Shown: positions 42,630 through 53,725 of the stretch, one piece after another
Numbering within the stretch: the stretch's first letter is position 1
Layout: every line of letters begins with the position of its first letter
Assembly (NCBI RefSeq): GCF_054482525.1
Contig: NZ_CM137006.1
DNA length: 64,000 bases
Direction: 5' to 3' (one strand)
Program-made: the position numbers and the translations under genes
Notes under the pieces: generated by a model
The model's input: only the letters and a program-made list of their open reading frames with translations
What the model was told of the DNA's origin: nothing
Databases searched by the model: none

Positions 42630-42874
42630 GGAATGTTGCAAGTATGTTTCTATCTTTTTTCAAATATGATCTAAGAAACGCGATCCAGCTGGCAAAATTT
42701 GGAGGTGGCGCACTCATGGATTCGGGTGAATTTTGTTTTAGATCATTTTTAAGTGTGATTTCGGTCACTTATCCGATTTTGCAGAATTAACAACTGGAGC
42801 AGCACTTTCCGGAAGCGTAAAATATCCACAACGTTTATCTGGCACCTTGGGTGCACATACAGAGGAAATCAACG

Positions 42875-43159
42875 ATGAGTAAATGTAGTGCTGATGAAAC
42901 CCCGGTTTGCTGCTGTATGGATGTTGGCACCATTATGGACAACTCCGACTGCACCGCGTCTTATAGCCGCGTGTTTGCAAACCGCGCAGAAGCAGAACAA
43001 ACGCTGGCGGCGCTGACTGAAAAAGCCCGTAGCGTGGAATCCGAACCGTGCAAAATCACCCCGACTTTCACTGAAGAGTCTGACGGTGTGCGCCTGGATA
43101 TCGATTTCACTTTTGCCTGCGAAGCTGAAATGCTGATCTTCCAGCTGGGTCTGCGTTAA
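42875..43159 (+). CDS. yfcZ: UPF0381 family protein
   Basis: 94 aa from MSKCSADETPVCCCMDVG; track ORF begins 8 codons upstream. Confidence 0.85.
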   Translation: MSKCSADETPVCCCMDVGTIMDNSDCTASYSRVFANRAEAEQTLAALTEKARSVESEPCKITPTFTEESDGVRLDIDFTFACEAEMLIFQLGLR

Positions 43160-43176
43160 TTCCTCTCGGGTACGTA

Positions 43177-43213
43177 CGCCCCTGTCAGTTGTTGGCAGGG
43201 GCGTTTTATTTTC
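43177..43213 (+). terminator. Rho-independent terminator after yfcZ
   Basis: cgcccctg / caggggcg stem followed by ttttatttt. Confidence 0.65.
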
Positions 43214-43296
43214 TCTTCTACTTTTCTCTCTGTGTCATAGCTCCCACTTTCCCTTTTCTCCACTTGGCTAAATGTAAAAAAATGGTTAAGACTATG

Positions 43297-43313
43297 ATCA
43301 GGTCAGACCACTT
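43297..43313. promoter_or_regulatory. FadR-operator-like site in the fadI promoter region
   Basis: ATCAGGTCAGACCACTT about 27 bp upstream of the fadI ATG. Confidence 0.45.
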
Positions 43314-43339
43314 TATTTATTATTTTACAGGGGAGTGTT

Positions 43340-44650
43340 ATGGGTCAGGTTTTACCGCTGGTTACCCGCCAGGGCGATCGTATCGCCATTGTTAGCGGTT
43401 TACGTACGCCTTTTGCCCGCCAGGCGACGGCTTTTCATGGCATTCCCGCGGTTGATTTAGGGAAGATGGTGGTAGGCGAACTGCTGGCACGCAGCGAAAT
43501 TCCCGCCGAAGTGATTGAACAACTGGTTTTTGGTCAGGTCGTACAAATGCCGGAAGCCCCCAACATTGCGCGTGAAATTGTTCTCGGTACTGGAATGAAT
43601 GTGCATACCGATGCTTACAGCGTCAGCCGCGCTTGCGCTACCAGTTTCCAGGCGGTTGCAAACGTCGCAGAAAGCCTGATGGCGGGAACTATTCGCGCGG
43701 GGATTGCCGGTGGGGCAGATTCCTCTTCCGTATTGCCAATTGGCGTCAGTAAAAAACTGGCGCGCGTGCTGGTTGATGTCAACAAAGCCCGCACAATGAG
43801 CCAGCGCCTGAAACTCTTCTCTCGCCTGCGTTTGCGCGACTTAATGCCCGTACCACCTGCGGTAGCAGAATATTCTACCGGCTTGCGGATGGGCGACACC
43901 GCAGAGCAAATGGCGAAAACCTACGGCATCACCCGAGAACAGCAAGATGCATTAGCGCACCGTTCGCATCAGCGAGCCGCTCAGGCGTGGTCAGACGGTA
44001 AACTCAAAGAAGAGGTGATGACTGCCTTTATCCCTCCTTATAAACAACCGCTTGTCGAAGACAACAATATTCGCGGTAATTCCTCGCTTGCCGATTACGC
44101 AAAGCTGCGCCCGGCGTTTGATCGCAAACACGGAACGGTAACGGCGGCAAACAGTACGCCGCTGACCGATGGCGCGGCAGCGGTGATCCTGATGACTGAA
44201 TCCCGGGCGAAAGAATTAGGGCTGGTGCCGCTGGGGTATCTGCGCAGCTACGCATTTACTGCGATTGATGTCTGGCAGGACATGTTGCTCGGTCCAGCCT
44301 GGTCAACACCGCTGGCGCTGGAGCGTGCCGGTTTGACGATGAGCGATCTGACATTGATCGATATGCACGAAGCCTTTGCAGCTCAGACGCTGGCGAATAT
44401 TCAGTTGCTGGGTAGTGAACGTTTTGCTCGTGATGTACTGGGGCGTGCACATGCCACTGGCGAAGTGGACGATAGCAAATTTAACGTGCTTGGCGGTTCG
44501 ATTGCTTACGGGCATCCCTTCGCGGCGACCGGCGCACGGATGATTACCCAGACATTGCATGAACTTCGCCGTCGCGGCGGTGGATTTGGTTTAGTGACCG
44601 CCTGTGCTGCCGGTGGGCTTGGCGCGGCAATGGTTGTGGAGGCGGAATAA
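43340..44650 (+). CDS. fadI: 3-ketoacyl-CoA thiolase (anaerobic beta-oxidation)
   Basis: 436 aa thiolase. Confidence 0.95.
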   Translation: MGQVLPLVTRQGDRIAIVSGLRTPFARQATAFHGIPAVDLGKMVVGELLARSEIPAEVIEQLVFGQVVQMPEAPNIAREIVLGTGMNVHTDAYSVSRACATSFQAVANVAESLMAGTIRAGIAGGADSSSVLPIGVSKKLARVLVDVNKARTMSQRLKLFSRLRLRDLMPVPPAVAEYSTGLRMGDTAEQMAKTYGITREQQDALAHRSHQRAAQAWSDGKLKEEVMTAFIPPYKQPLVEDNNIRGNSSLADYAKLRPAFDRKHGTVTAANSTPLTDGAAAVILMTESRAKELGLVPLGYLRSYAFTAIDVWQDMLLGPAWSTPLALERAGLTMSDLTLIDMHEAFAAQTLANIQLLGSERFARDVLGRAHATGEVDDSKFNVLGGSIAYGHPFAATGARMITQTLHELRRRGGGFGLVTACAAGGLGAAMVVEAE

Positions 44651-46794
44651 TGGAAATGGCATCAGCGTTTACCCTTAATGTCCGTCTGGACAACATTGCT
44701 GTTATCACCATCGACGTACCGGGTGAGAAAATGAATACCCTGAAGGCGGAGTTTGCCTCGCAGGTGCGCGCCATTATTAAGCAACTCCGTGAAAACAAAG
44801 AGTTGCGCGGCGTGGTGTTTATCTCCGCGAAACCAGACAACTTCATTGCTGGCGCAGACATCAACATGATCGCCAACTGCAAAACGGCACAAGAAGCGGA
44901 AGCACTGGCGCGGCAGGGTCAACAGTTAATGGCGGAGATTCATGCTTTGCCCGTTCCGGTTATCGCGGCTATTCATGGCGCTTGCCTGGGCGGTGGGCTG
45001 GAGTTGGCGCTGGCGTGCCACGGTCGCATGTGTACTGACGATCCTAAAACGGTGCTCGGTTTGCCTGAAGTACAACTTGGATTATTACCCGGTTCAGGCG
45101 GCACCCAGCGTTTACCGCGCCTGATAGGTGTCAGCACAGCATTAGAGATGATCCTCACCGGAAAACAACTTCGGGCGAAACAGGCATTAAAGCTGGGGCT
45201 GGTGGATGACGTTGTTCCGCAATCCATTTTACTGGAAGCCGCTGTTGAGCTGGCAAAGCAGGATCGTCCATCTTCACGCCCTCTACCTGTACGCGAGCGT
45301 ATTCTGGCGGGGCCGTTAGGTCGTGCGCTGCTGTTCAAAATGGTCGGCAAGAAAACAGAACACAAAACTCAGGGTAACTATCCGGCGACAGAACGCATCC
45401 TGGAGGTTGTCGAAACGGGATTAGCGCAGGGCACCAGTAGCGGCTATGACGCTGAAGCCCGTGCTTTTGGCGAACTGGCGATGACGCCGCAATCGCAGGC
45501 TTTGCGTAGTATCTTTTTTGCCAGTACGGAAGTGAAGAAAGATCCTGGCAGTGACGCGCCGCCTGCGCCATTAAACAGCGTGGGAATTTTAGGTGGTGGC
45601 TTGATGGGCGGCGGTATTGCTTACGTCACTGCTTGTAAAGCGGGGCTTCCGGTCAGAATTAAAGATATCAACCCGCAGGGCATAAATCATGCGCTGAAGT
45701 ACAGTTGGGATCAGCTGGAGGGCAAAGTTCGCCGTCGTCATCTCAAAGCCAGCGAACGTGACAGACAGCTGGCATTAATCTCCGGAACGACGGACTATCG
45801 CGGCTTTGCCCATCGCGATCTGATTATTGAAGCGGTGTTTGAAAATCTCGAATTAAAACAACAAATGGTAGCGGAAGTTGAGCAAAATTGCGCCGCTCAT
45901 ACCATCTTTGCTTCGAATACGTCATCTTTACCGATTGGTGATATCGCCGCTCACGCTACGCGACCTGAGCAAGTTATTGGCCTGCATTTCTTCAGTCCGG
46001 TGGAAAAAATGCCGCTGGTGGAGATTATTCCTCATGCGGGGACATCGGCGCAAACCATCGCTACCACAGTAAAACTGGCGAAGAAACAGGGTAAAACGCC
46101 AATTGTCGTGCGTGACAAAGCCGGGTTTTACGTCAATCGCATTTTAGCGCCTTACATTAATGAAGCTATCCGCATGTTGACCGAAGGTGAACGGGTAGAG
46201 CACATTGATGCCGCGCTGGTGAAATTTGGTTTTCCGGTAGGCCCAATCCAACTTTTGGATGAGGTAGGAATCGACACCGGGACTAAAATTATTCCTGTAC
46301 TGGAAGCCGCTTATGGAGAACGTTTTAGCGCGCCTGCAAATGTTGTTTCTTCAATTTTGAACGACGATCGCAAAGGCAGAAAAAATGGCCGGGGTTTCTA
46401 TCTTTATGGTCAGAAAGGGCGTAAAAGCAAAAAACAGGTCGATCCCGCCATTTACCCGCTCATTGGCGCACAAGGGCAGGGGCGACTCTCCGCACCGCAG
46501 GTAGCTGAACGGTGTGTGATGTTGATGCTGAATGAAGCAGTACGTTGTCTGGACGAGCAGGTTATCCGTAGCGTGCGTGACGGAGATATTGGCGCGGTAT
46601 TTGGCATTGGTTTTCCGCCATTTCTCGGTGGTCCGTTCCGCTACATCGATTCTCTCGGTGCGGGTGAAGTGGTTGCAATAATGCAACGACTGGCCACGCA
46701 GTATGGTTCCCGTTTTACCCCTTGCGAGCGTTTAGTCGAGATGAGCAAGCGTGGGGAAAGTTTTTGGAAAACAACTGCAACTGACCTGCAATAA
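44650..46794 (+). CDS. fadJ: Fatty-acid oxidation complex alpha subunit (enoyl-CoA hydratase / 3-hydroxyacyl-CoA dehydrogenase)
   Basis: 714 aa; crotonase fold then NAD-binding dehydrogenase domain; start overlaps fadI stop. Confidence 0.95.
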   Translation: MEMASAFTLNVRLDNIAVITIDVPGEKMNTLKAEFASQVRAIIKQLRENKELRGVVFISAKPDNFIAGADINMIANCKTAQEAEALARQGQQLMAEIHALPVPVIAAIHGACLGGGLELALACHGRMCTDDPKTVLGLPEVQLGLLPGSGGTQRLPRLIGVSTALEMILTGKQLRAKQALKLGLVDDVVPQSILLEAAVELAKQDRPSSRPLPVRERILAGPLGRALLFKMVGKKTEHKTQGNYPATERILEVVETGLAQGTSSGYDAEARAFGELAMTPQSQALRSIFFASTEVKKDPGSDAPPAPLNSVGILGGGLMGGGIAYVTACKAGLPVRIKDINPQGINHALKYSWDQLEGKVRRRHLKASERDRQLALISGTTDYRGFAHRDLIIEAVFENLELKQQMVAEVEQNCAAHTIFASNTSSLPIGDIAAHATRPEQVIGLHFFSPVEKMPLVEIIPHAGTSAQTIATTVKLAKKQGKTPIVVRDKAGFYVNRILAPYINEAIRMLTEGERVEHIDAALVKFGFPVGPIQLLDEVGIDTGTKIIPVLEAAYGERFSAPANVVSSILNDDRKGRKNGRGFYLYGQKGRKSKKQVDPAIYPLIGAQGQGRLSAPQVAERCVMLMLNEAVRCLDEQVIRSVRDGDIGAVFGIGFPPFLGGPFRYIDSLGAGEVVAIMQRLATQYGSRFTPCERLVEMSKRGESFWKTTATDLQ

Positions 46795-46996
46795 GAAGGT
46801 CAAAGCTATATGAATCCGCGCTGAATGGCGGAGTGTTGCTCAAAATGTAAACGCATATTGACTATACTTACGCCATTGAGGTAAAAAACAGCGTTTCATT
46901 CGGTGAATGGATAAGGCACAATGCCGGCCACCGTTTTCTTTCTCTGGTTTCAGATGAAAGAAAACGGGCGAATCTGGTTAACAAAAGCGGTGCAAT

Positions 46997-47482
46997 ATGC
47001 AAGTTTTTATCATGCGTCACGGCGACGCAGCCCTCGATGCCGCCAGTGATTCGGTTCGTCCTCTGACTACTAACGGTTGTGACGAATCTCGCCTGATGGC
47101 GAACTGGCTGAAAGGTCAAAAAGTGGAAATCGAACGCGTTCTGGTGAGCCCGTTCCTGCGAGCCGAGCAAACACTGGAAGAAGTAGGGGATTGTCTGAAC
47201 CTGCCTTCCAGTGCAGAAGTTCTGCCGGAGTTAACACCCTGCGGCGATGTTGGTCTGGTCAGTGCCTATTTGCAGGCGTTGACCAATGAAGGTGTTGCTT
47301 CGGTACTGGTGATCTCCCACTTACCCTTAGTCGGGTATCTGGTTGCCGAGTTATGTCCGGGCGAAACGCCGCCTATGTTTACCACCTCGGCCATTGCCAG
47401 CGTAACGCTTGATGAAAGCGGAAACGGCACATTCAATTGGCAGATGAGCCCATGTAATCTGAAGATGGCAAAGGCGATTTAA
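46997..47482 (+). CDS. sixA: Phosphohistidine phosphatase SixA
   Basis: 161 aa; N-terminal RHG motif (MQVFIMRHGDA). Confidence 0.93.
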   Translation: MQVFIMRHGDAALDAASDSVRPLTTNGCDESRLMANWLKGQKVEIERVLVSPFLRAEQTLEEVGDCLNLPSSAEVLPELTPCGDVGLVSAYLQALTNEGVASVLVISHLPLVGYLVAELCPGETPPMFTTSAIASVTLDESGNGTFNWQMSPCNLKMAKAI

Positions 47483-47494
47483 TACGCATGCACA

Positions 47495-47529
47495 AGGCCC
47501 GCTGGTGTAAGCTATCGGGCCTTTATTTT
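47495..47529 (+). terminator. Rho-independent terminator after sixA
   Basis: aggcccg / cgggcct stem followed by ttatttt. Confidence 0.6.
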
Positions 47530-48141
47530 CTGGCAATGTTGAATTTTTTTAATCTTATTGTACTAACAATGATCCGCTTGTGATCGAATAGTCATAATTT
47601 TATACGGTATGACGCTTTTATTTGTGGAAATTTACATATTGAAAGAAAATTTACTTTTATTCATAAATTATTTTTCTGGAAGCATTTTTAGGTAAATAAT
47701 GACTAAAGTGAAAAATATTATTGGGTCTTGATTTTATATTAATTATAGTGTTTTAATATTATATCGTTGCGAAATTAATATCACAAGATAGTCATTGCCA
47801 TGTGATTGTTTTTGACTTTGATTTATTCACTGTATTTTTGCATTTGCCGTTTTTTTGAACTCATTCTTCATAACTGAGATGAAAAATTTCAGTAATTATT
47901 ATTCCTGCCTATTAATTAAGTATTTCTAACTTTGAATGTTAGAAAATCTAAATTGCGTCAGTCATATTAAAATATCAATATGTTCGGCACGCCAAAGAAT
48001 ATTGATTCAAGGGACCTGTTTTTTCAGGATCTGAAAATATGTTCATTGGCTGGTTAAAAGTCGCTGCAAAAAATTGAAGAAGTTCTGTGTCAATATTTCA
48101 GTTGGCTTATATTCTAATTATTTATGATTTAAGGACAAATA
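47530..48141. promoter_or_regulatory. About 610-bp AT-rich leader upstream of the yfc fimbrial operon
   Basis: Long noncoding AT-rich tract with T/A runs; contains an 8-bp inverted repeat atcaatat...atattgat near 47975-48007. Confidence 0.4.
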
Positions 48142-48708
48142 ATGAGTAAGTTTGTAAAAGCAGCAGTTGCCACGGCAATGCTCATGGGGGCGCTGACTTC
48201 AGCATCAGTCGTTGCCGCAGGGAACAACGGTACAGTGAGATTTTACGGCACAATTGAAGACTCCCCGTGCTCAATTGTTCCTGACGATCATAAACTGGAA
48301 GTGGATATGGGCAGCATCGGTACGGGTTCTTTAACCGGCGGCAAAACAACCACACCAAAAGATTTCCAGATTCGTTTACAGGACTGTAATTTCAATACAG
48401 AAACGACAATGGCTACCACATTCACCGGTAATCCGTACTCCACTAACGCAGATAACTATTCTCTGTCTAACATGGATAATGGAACTGAAATTCCAAACGT
48501 TAGCCTGGTTATCGGTGACCAGCACGGTACAGGTTATGCTCTGGGAGCAGAGATTAAGCAACCTATCGTGAAGGACAGTTCAACGGGAAAAGGCAAGCCT
48601 AAACAAACTCTGAACTTTAAAGCATGGTTAGTGGGTGAAACGGATGCTGTAACACCAACACCGGCACCGTTTGAAACGCTGACGACGTTCCAGATCACGT
48701 ATCTCTAA
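48142..48708 (+). CDS. yfcV: Fimbrial major subunit (chaperone-usher pathway)
   Basis: 188 aa with signal peptide and fimbrial subunit C-terminal beta-strand motif. Confidence 0.88.
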   Translation: MSKFVKAAVATAMLMGALTSASVVAAGNNGTVRFYGTIEDSPCSIVPDDHKLEVDMGSIGTGSLTGGKTTTPKDFQIRLQDCNFNTETTMATTFTGNPYSTNADNYSLSNMDNGTEIPNVSLVIGDQHGTGYALGAEIKQPIVKDSSTGKGKPKQTLNFKAWLVGETDAVTPTPAPFETLTTFQITYL

Positions 48709-48779
48709 TGTATTTCCCCCATAGCTGCAAAGTTATGGGGTTTATAACTACCAAATAACTAAATTATAAAAAATCATGG

Positions 48780-51431
48780 ATGGATACGCCGATGCCAGAA
48801 CATTCTTTTCTCCGTTTACGGGGGCTTTCGTGGTGGATTGCTCTGGCAATTTCTGGAAGTCCATTTAATGCCCTGGCAGACGATACCATTCAGTTTGATG
48901 GCCGATTTCTTGATTTAAAAGGCAATACCAAAATTGATTTGGGCCGTTTTTCGCAAAAAGGCTATGTAGAACCGGGAAAATATAACTTACGCGTTCATGT
49001 AAATAATCAGCCGTTACCTGACGACTACGATATCTACTGGTACGCAACTGAAAACGATCCGAATAAATCATATGCCTGCTTATCGCCAGAGCTGGTTGCC
49101 CAGTTTGGTCTGAAGGAAGATATTGCAAAGAATTTGCAATGGATCCGCGATGGTCAGTGTCTGAATACGGCACTTTTAGCAGGTACAGAAATTAGCGGCG
49201 ATTTAGGCCAGTCTGCACTCCTTGTTTCTGTACCGCAGGCTTATCTGGAATATACCGACAGCGAGTGGGACCCGCCTTCGCGCTGGGATGACGGTATCCC
49301 TGGGCTTATTGCCGATTACAGTATCAACGCGCAAACCCGACATGAAAATGGGGGGGATGACACCAACGACATCAGCGGTAATGGTACGGTCGGCGTTAAC
49401 GTTGGGCCGTGGCGCTTACGAGCTGACTGGCAGAGCGATTATCAGCATACCCGCAGTAACGATGACGGCGACACCGACGATAGCTGTACGCAAAAAAACT
49501 GGGAGTGGAGTCGTTACTACGCCTGGCGCGCCTTGCCGTCATTAAAAGCCAAACTTTCGCTGGGCGAAGATTATCTCAACTCCGATATTTTTGATGGCTT
49601 CAGTTACATTGGCGGCAGCATCAGTACCGATGATCAAATGTTACCGCCAAACCTGCGCGGCTACGCCCCCGATATTTCAGGTGTTGCACACACTACCGCT
49701 AAAGTGACTGTAACCCAAATGGGCCGTGTCATTTACGAAACCCAGGTGCCCGCAGGGCCATTCCGCATTCAGGATATTGGCGATTCCGTCTCTGGCACGC
49801 TGCATGTCCGCATTGAAGAACAAAACGGCCAGGTACAGGAATACGACGTCAGCACGGCGTCCATGCCGTTCCTGACTCGCCCCGGCCAGGTGCGTTACAA
49901 AGTGACAATGGGGCGTCCACAAAACTGGGACCATCAGGTTGCAGGTAGCTTCTTCTCGGGCGGCGAGGCATCGTGGGGGATTGCCAATGGCTGGTCGCTC
50001 TACGGCGGTGCGTTAGCCGATGAAAACTACCAGTCGGCGGCGCTGGGCCTCGGTCGTGACCTGGCGCTGCTAGGCGCGTTAGCGTTTGATGTCACTCACT
50101 CTCGTGTTCAACTCGACGATAACAGCGTGTATGGCAACAAAACGCTGGACGGCAACTCTTATCGCGTCAGCTATGCCAAAGATTTTGATGAACTCAACAG
50201 TCGGGTGACGTTTGCTGGATACCGCTTCTCTGAAAAAAACTACATGACCATGAGCGAGTATCTGGATGCGAACGACGACGACCGGGCGCGCACCGGTAAC
50301 GACAAAGAGATGTATACGGTCACCTATAACCAGAACTTCACGGATGCGCGCGTTTCGGTCTATCTCAATTATTCCCACCATACCTACTGGGATCGCCAGG
50401 ATCAGACCAACTACAACATGATGCTTTCTCATTATTTCAATTTAGGAAGCCTTCGCAACCTGAGCGTTTCTCTGACCGGTTATCGCTACGAATACGATAA
50501 AAGTGCCGACAAGGGTGTTTATCTGTCCTTAAGTTTGCCGTGGGGCGACAACAGCACCATCAGTTACAACGGCAACTATGGCAGCGGTGCCGACAGCAAT
50601 CAGGTGAGCCTGTACCACCGCATTGATGACGCCAGCCACTACACGGTAAGCGCCGGAACCAGCGAAAACCACAGCAGCGTGGATGGCTACTACAGCCACG
50701 ATGGTACTCTGGCAAAAGTGGATCTCAGTGCCAACTACCATGAAGGGCAATACACCTCAGCAGGGATCTCTTTACAGGGCGGGGCAACGTTGACCGCTCA
50801 CGGCGGGGCGCTGCATCGTACACAAAACATGGGCGGTACACGTCTGTTAATCGACGCTGATGGCGTTGCTAATGTGCCGGTTGAAGGTAATGGTTCCGCC
50901 GTTTATACCAACATGTTCGGCAAAGCGGTGGTGGCAGATGTTAATGATTACTACCGCAACCAGGCTTATATCGATTTGAACAAACTGCCGGAAAACGCCG
51001 AAGCCACGAAATCAGTGGTTCAGGCAACGCTGACGGAAGGCGCTATTGGCTACCGTAAATTTGCGGTGATCAGCGGTGAGAAGGCGATGGCAGTGCTGCG
51101 CTTGCAGGATGGCAGCCATCCGCCATTTGGGGCGGAAGTGAAAAACGATAATCAACAACAAGTTGGATTGGTTGATGACGAAGGTAATGTTTATCTGGCA
51201 GGCGTTAAACCGGGTGAACATATGACCGTTTCTTGGGAGGGTGAATCTCACTGCGATATCAGCCTGCCAGACCCGTTACCGAATGACCTGTTCAATGGCT
51301 TGTTGTTGCCATGCCAGCAAAAGGGGGGAAGTTCTCCCGTCATACCGCATGATATTCAACCTGTCATTCAGGAGCAGACACAACAGGTGGCACCAATGGA
51401 ACCGCCGATGTCTGTTTCATCGAACCAATAA
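48780..51431 (+). CDS. yfcU: Fimbrial outer-membrane usher, uninterrupted frame
   Basis: 883 aa single ORF with usher-like domain arrangement. Confidence 0.9.
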   Translation: MDTPMPEHSFLRLRGLSWWIALAISGSPFNALADDTIQFDGRFLDLKGNTKIDLGRFSQKGYVEPGKYNLRVHVNNQPLPDDYDIYWYATENDPNKSYACLSPELVAQFGLKEDIAKNLQWIRDGQCLNTALLAGTEISGDLGQSALLVSVPQAYLEYTDSEWDPPSRWDDGIPGLIADYSINAQTRHENGGDDTNDISGNGTVGVNVGPWRLRADWQSDYQHTRSNDDGDTDDSCTQKNWEWSRYYAWRALPSLKAKLSLGEDYLNSDIFDGFSYIGGSISTDDQMLPPNLRGYAPDISGVAHTTAKVTVTQMGRVIYETQVPAGPFRIQDIGDSVSGTLHVRIEEQNGQVQEYDVSTASMPFLTRPGQVRYKVTMGRPQNWDHQVAGSFFSGGEASWGIANGWSLYGGALADENYQSAALGLGRDLALLGALAFDVTHSRVQLDDNSVYGNKTLDGNSYRVSYAKDFDELNSRVTFAGYRFSEKNYMTMSEYLDANDDDRARTGNDKEMYTVTYNQNFTDARVSVYLNYSHHTYWDRQDQTNYNMMLSHYFNLGSLRNLSVSLTGYRYEYDKSADKGVYLSLSLPWGDNSTISYNGNYGSGADSNQVSLYHRIDDASHYTVSAGTSENHSSVDGYYSHDGTLAKVDLSANYHEGQYTSAGISLQGGATLTAHGGALHRTQNMGGTRLLIDADGVANVPVEGNGSAVYTNMFGKAVVADVNDYYRNQAYIDLNKLPENAEATKSVVQATLTEGAIGYRKFAVISGEKAMAVLRLQDGSHPPFGAEVKNDNQQQVGLVDDEGNVYLAGVKPGEHMTVSWEGESHCDISLPDPLPNDLFNGLLLPCQQKGGSSPVIPHDIQPVIQEQTQQVAPMEPPMSVSSNQ

Positions 51432-51450
51432 CGTGATTAAGGAATGATCC

Positions 51451-52200
51451 ATGATTAAACATCTCTCTGCCAAAACATTGACAACGGTACTGTCGTTGCT
51501 GGCAGCAACGGTAAGTTTTTCTGCCCAGGCGTCAGTAACGCCCGATCGTACCCGGCTGATTTTCAATGAAAGCGATAAATCTATCAGCGTGACGCTGCGT
51601 AATAACGACCCCAAACTGCCTTATCTGGCGCAAAGCTGGATTGAAGATGAAAAGGGCGTCAAGATCAGCTCGCCGCTGGCGGTATTGCCGCCCGTACAGC
51701 GCATTGATGCAATGATGAATGGTCAGGTTAAAATTCAGGGCCTGCCGGATATTCATAAATTACCTGCCGATCGGGAATCGATGTTCTATTTCAACGTGCG
51801 CGAAATTCCGCCGAAATCGAACAAATCCAACACGCTGCAAATCGCCCTCCAGACGCGTATCAAACTTTTCTGGCGACCGAAAGCCCTGGAAAAAACCACT
51901 ACGCAAAACCCGTGGCAGCATAAAGTGACCTTAACCCGCAACGGTCAGGAATTTACCGTCAATAACCCGACGCCGTATTACGTCATTTTCAGTAATGCCA
52001 GCGCACAGAAAAATGGCAATCCGGCAGCCGGTTTCTCGCCAATAGTGATGTCGCCGAAAACCTCTGCACCGCTGAATGTGAAGATGGGGAGTGTGCCGGT
52101 ACTGACCTATGTCAACGACTATGGCGCTCGGATGCCGCTCTTTTTCACCTGCAACGGTAACAGTTGCCAGGTTGATGAAGAGCAGAGCCGCAAAGGCTGA
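51451..52200 (+). CDS. yfcS: Fimbrial periplasmic chaperone (PapD-like)
   Basis: 249 aa with signal peptide. Confidence 0.9.
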   Translation: MIKHLSAKTLTTVLSLLAATVSFSAQASVTPDRTRLIFNESDKSISVTLRNNDPKLPYLAQSWIEDEKGVKISSPLAVLPPVQRIDAMMNGQVKIQGLPDIHKLPADRESMFYFNVREIPPKSNKSNTLQIALQTRIKLFWRPKALEKTTTQNPWQHKVTLTRNGQEFTVNNPTPYYVIFSNASAQKNGNPAAGFSPIVMSPKTSAPLNVKMGSVPVLTYVNDYGARMPLFFTCNGNSCQVDEEQSRKG

Positions 52201-52215
52201 GGCCGGGAGTGTGAG

Positions 52216-52707
52216 ATGAAACGACTACTTTTGGCCGGGCTGGGAGGAGTGCTGCTTACGGGCAGTGCTCTTGCCGGTGAAACGAAAAGTGTGCCATTGA
52301 CATTGCGCGTACTGGTAGACCCACCACCTCCTTGTACTGTAAAAGGCAGTAACGTCGATTTTGGTGATGTGATCATCAAAAAAATCAATGGTACTGAATA
52401 TCGCAAAGATGCAGGTTATACCCTGAACTGTGCCAATAGCCTGAGCGATGACCTTCAGATGCAGTTTAAGGGCACAACCACCACGATCAATGGCGAAACG
52501 GTGTTAAGCACGGGAATTACCGGGTTTGGCATTCGTATTGAAAATGCAGCCGATAACTCTCTGTTTGCGATTGGCGACAATACCTGGACTCCATTTAGCG
52601 TCAGTAGCCAGCCACAACTAAAAGCAGTGCCAGTCAAACAGAATGGCGTGACGCTGACAGGCGCACAGTTTAACGCCAGCATGACAATGGTGGTGGATTA
52701 CCAATGA
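52216..52707 (+). CDS. yfcR: Fimbrial minor subunit
   Basis: 163 aa with signal peptide. Confidence 0.85.
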   Translation: MKRLLLAGLGGVLLTGSALAGETKSVPLTLRVLVDPPPPCTVKGSNVDFGDVIIKKINGTEYRKDAGYTLNCANSLSDDLQMQFKGTTTTINGETVLSTGITGFGIRIENAADNSLFAIGDNTWTPFSVSSQPQLKAVPVKQNGVTLTGAQFNASMTMVVDYQ

Positions 52708-53183
52708 AACGACTCTCGTTAATTTTATTATCCGCTTTTTGCACCATAACGCATGCCGCACCGGAAGATATCACCTTCACGGGTACGCTGATCGAACCTC
52801 CGGTCTGCACCGTCAGCAATGGTGATGATATTGAGATCCAGTTTATCGACGTCATTATCGACAATATTGACGGGGTTAATTACCGCAAAGATGTTCCGTA
52901 CCAGATAACGTGTGACCCTGATATTACCGATGACGCCTGGGTAATGACGCTAACCTGGACCGGTACACAGACCAGCTATAACGATGCGGCGATTCAGACG
53001 GATGTCACGGGATTAGGGATTGAACTCCAGCAAAACGGTCAGCCCTTTAAGCTGAATACCCCGCTTAACGTGACACCCGCCAACCTGCCGAAGTTGAAGG
53101 CCGCACCTGTAAAAGCTTCCGATGCCACGCTGACTGACGGTAACTTTTCCGCTTACGCCACATTGCAGGTGGATTATCAATGA
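52704..53183 (+). CDS. yfcQ: Fimbrial minor subunit
   Basis: 159 aa; overlaps yfcR stop. Confidence 0.85.
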   Translation: MKRLSLILLSAFCTITHAAPEDITFTGTLIEPPVCTVSNGDDIEIQFIDVIIDNIDGVNYRKDVPYQITCDPDITDDAWVMTLTWTGTQTSYNDAAIQTDVTGLGIELQQNGQPFKLNTPLNVTPANLPKLKAAPVKASDATLTDGNFSAYATLQVDYQ

Positions 53184-53725
53184 ACAAACTGAAGAAATAT
53201 CAATGTATCAGGGTGCAAACCCTTCTGTTGGGCGGTGTGCTGGTGCTGGTGAGTCATTCAGCACTGGCAGCTAATAATTTGCATTTTTACGGCAACCTGA
53301 TGAGCAAAACCTGTACTCCGGTGGAACAGGCTGGAACGTTGGCAGAGGTACAGTTTGCTGATATCAGCTACAAAGATTTGATGGTGCGCGGTCAGTCCGA
53401 TCGTGTACCGGTGGTTTTTCGCCTGAAAGATTGCCATGGGCCAGCGCAGTACAGCGTAAAAGTTACCCTGACCGGAACAGAAGACAGTGGACAACCGGGG
53501 TTCCTCGCTCTGGATGGTACCTCCGGCGCACAGGGCGTAGGCATTGGTATGGAAACTACTGATGGTACTGCTGTTGCTATTAATAACACGACGGGGGTGA
53601 CCTTTGTGCTGAATGATGGCAATAACAGTCTTAATTTCAGAGCATGGTTACAGGCAAAAGAGGGGCGTGATGTAACACCCGGTGATTTTACCGCCCAGTT
53701 AACCGCCACGTTTGAGTATATTTAA
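53180..53725 (+). CDS. yfcP: Fimbrial minor subunit
   Basis: 181 aa; overlaps yfcQ stop. Confidence 0.85.
   Translation: MNKLKKYQCIRVQTLLLGGVLVLVSHSALAANNLHFYGNLMSKTCTPVEQAGTLAEVQFADISYKDLMVRGQSDRVPVVFRLKDCHGPAQYSVKVTLTGTEDSGQPGFLALDGTSGAQGVGIGMETTDGTAVAINNTTGVTFVLNDGNNSLNFRAWLQAKEGRDVTPGDFTAQLTATFEYI

Noticed and set aside
47530-48141. fim-like invertible promoter switch upstream of yfcV
   Set aside because: No flanking site-specific recombinase gene and no long matching inverted repeats bracketing a promoter-sized segment; only a short 8-bp inverted repeat.
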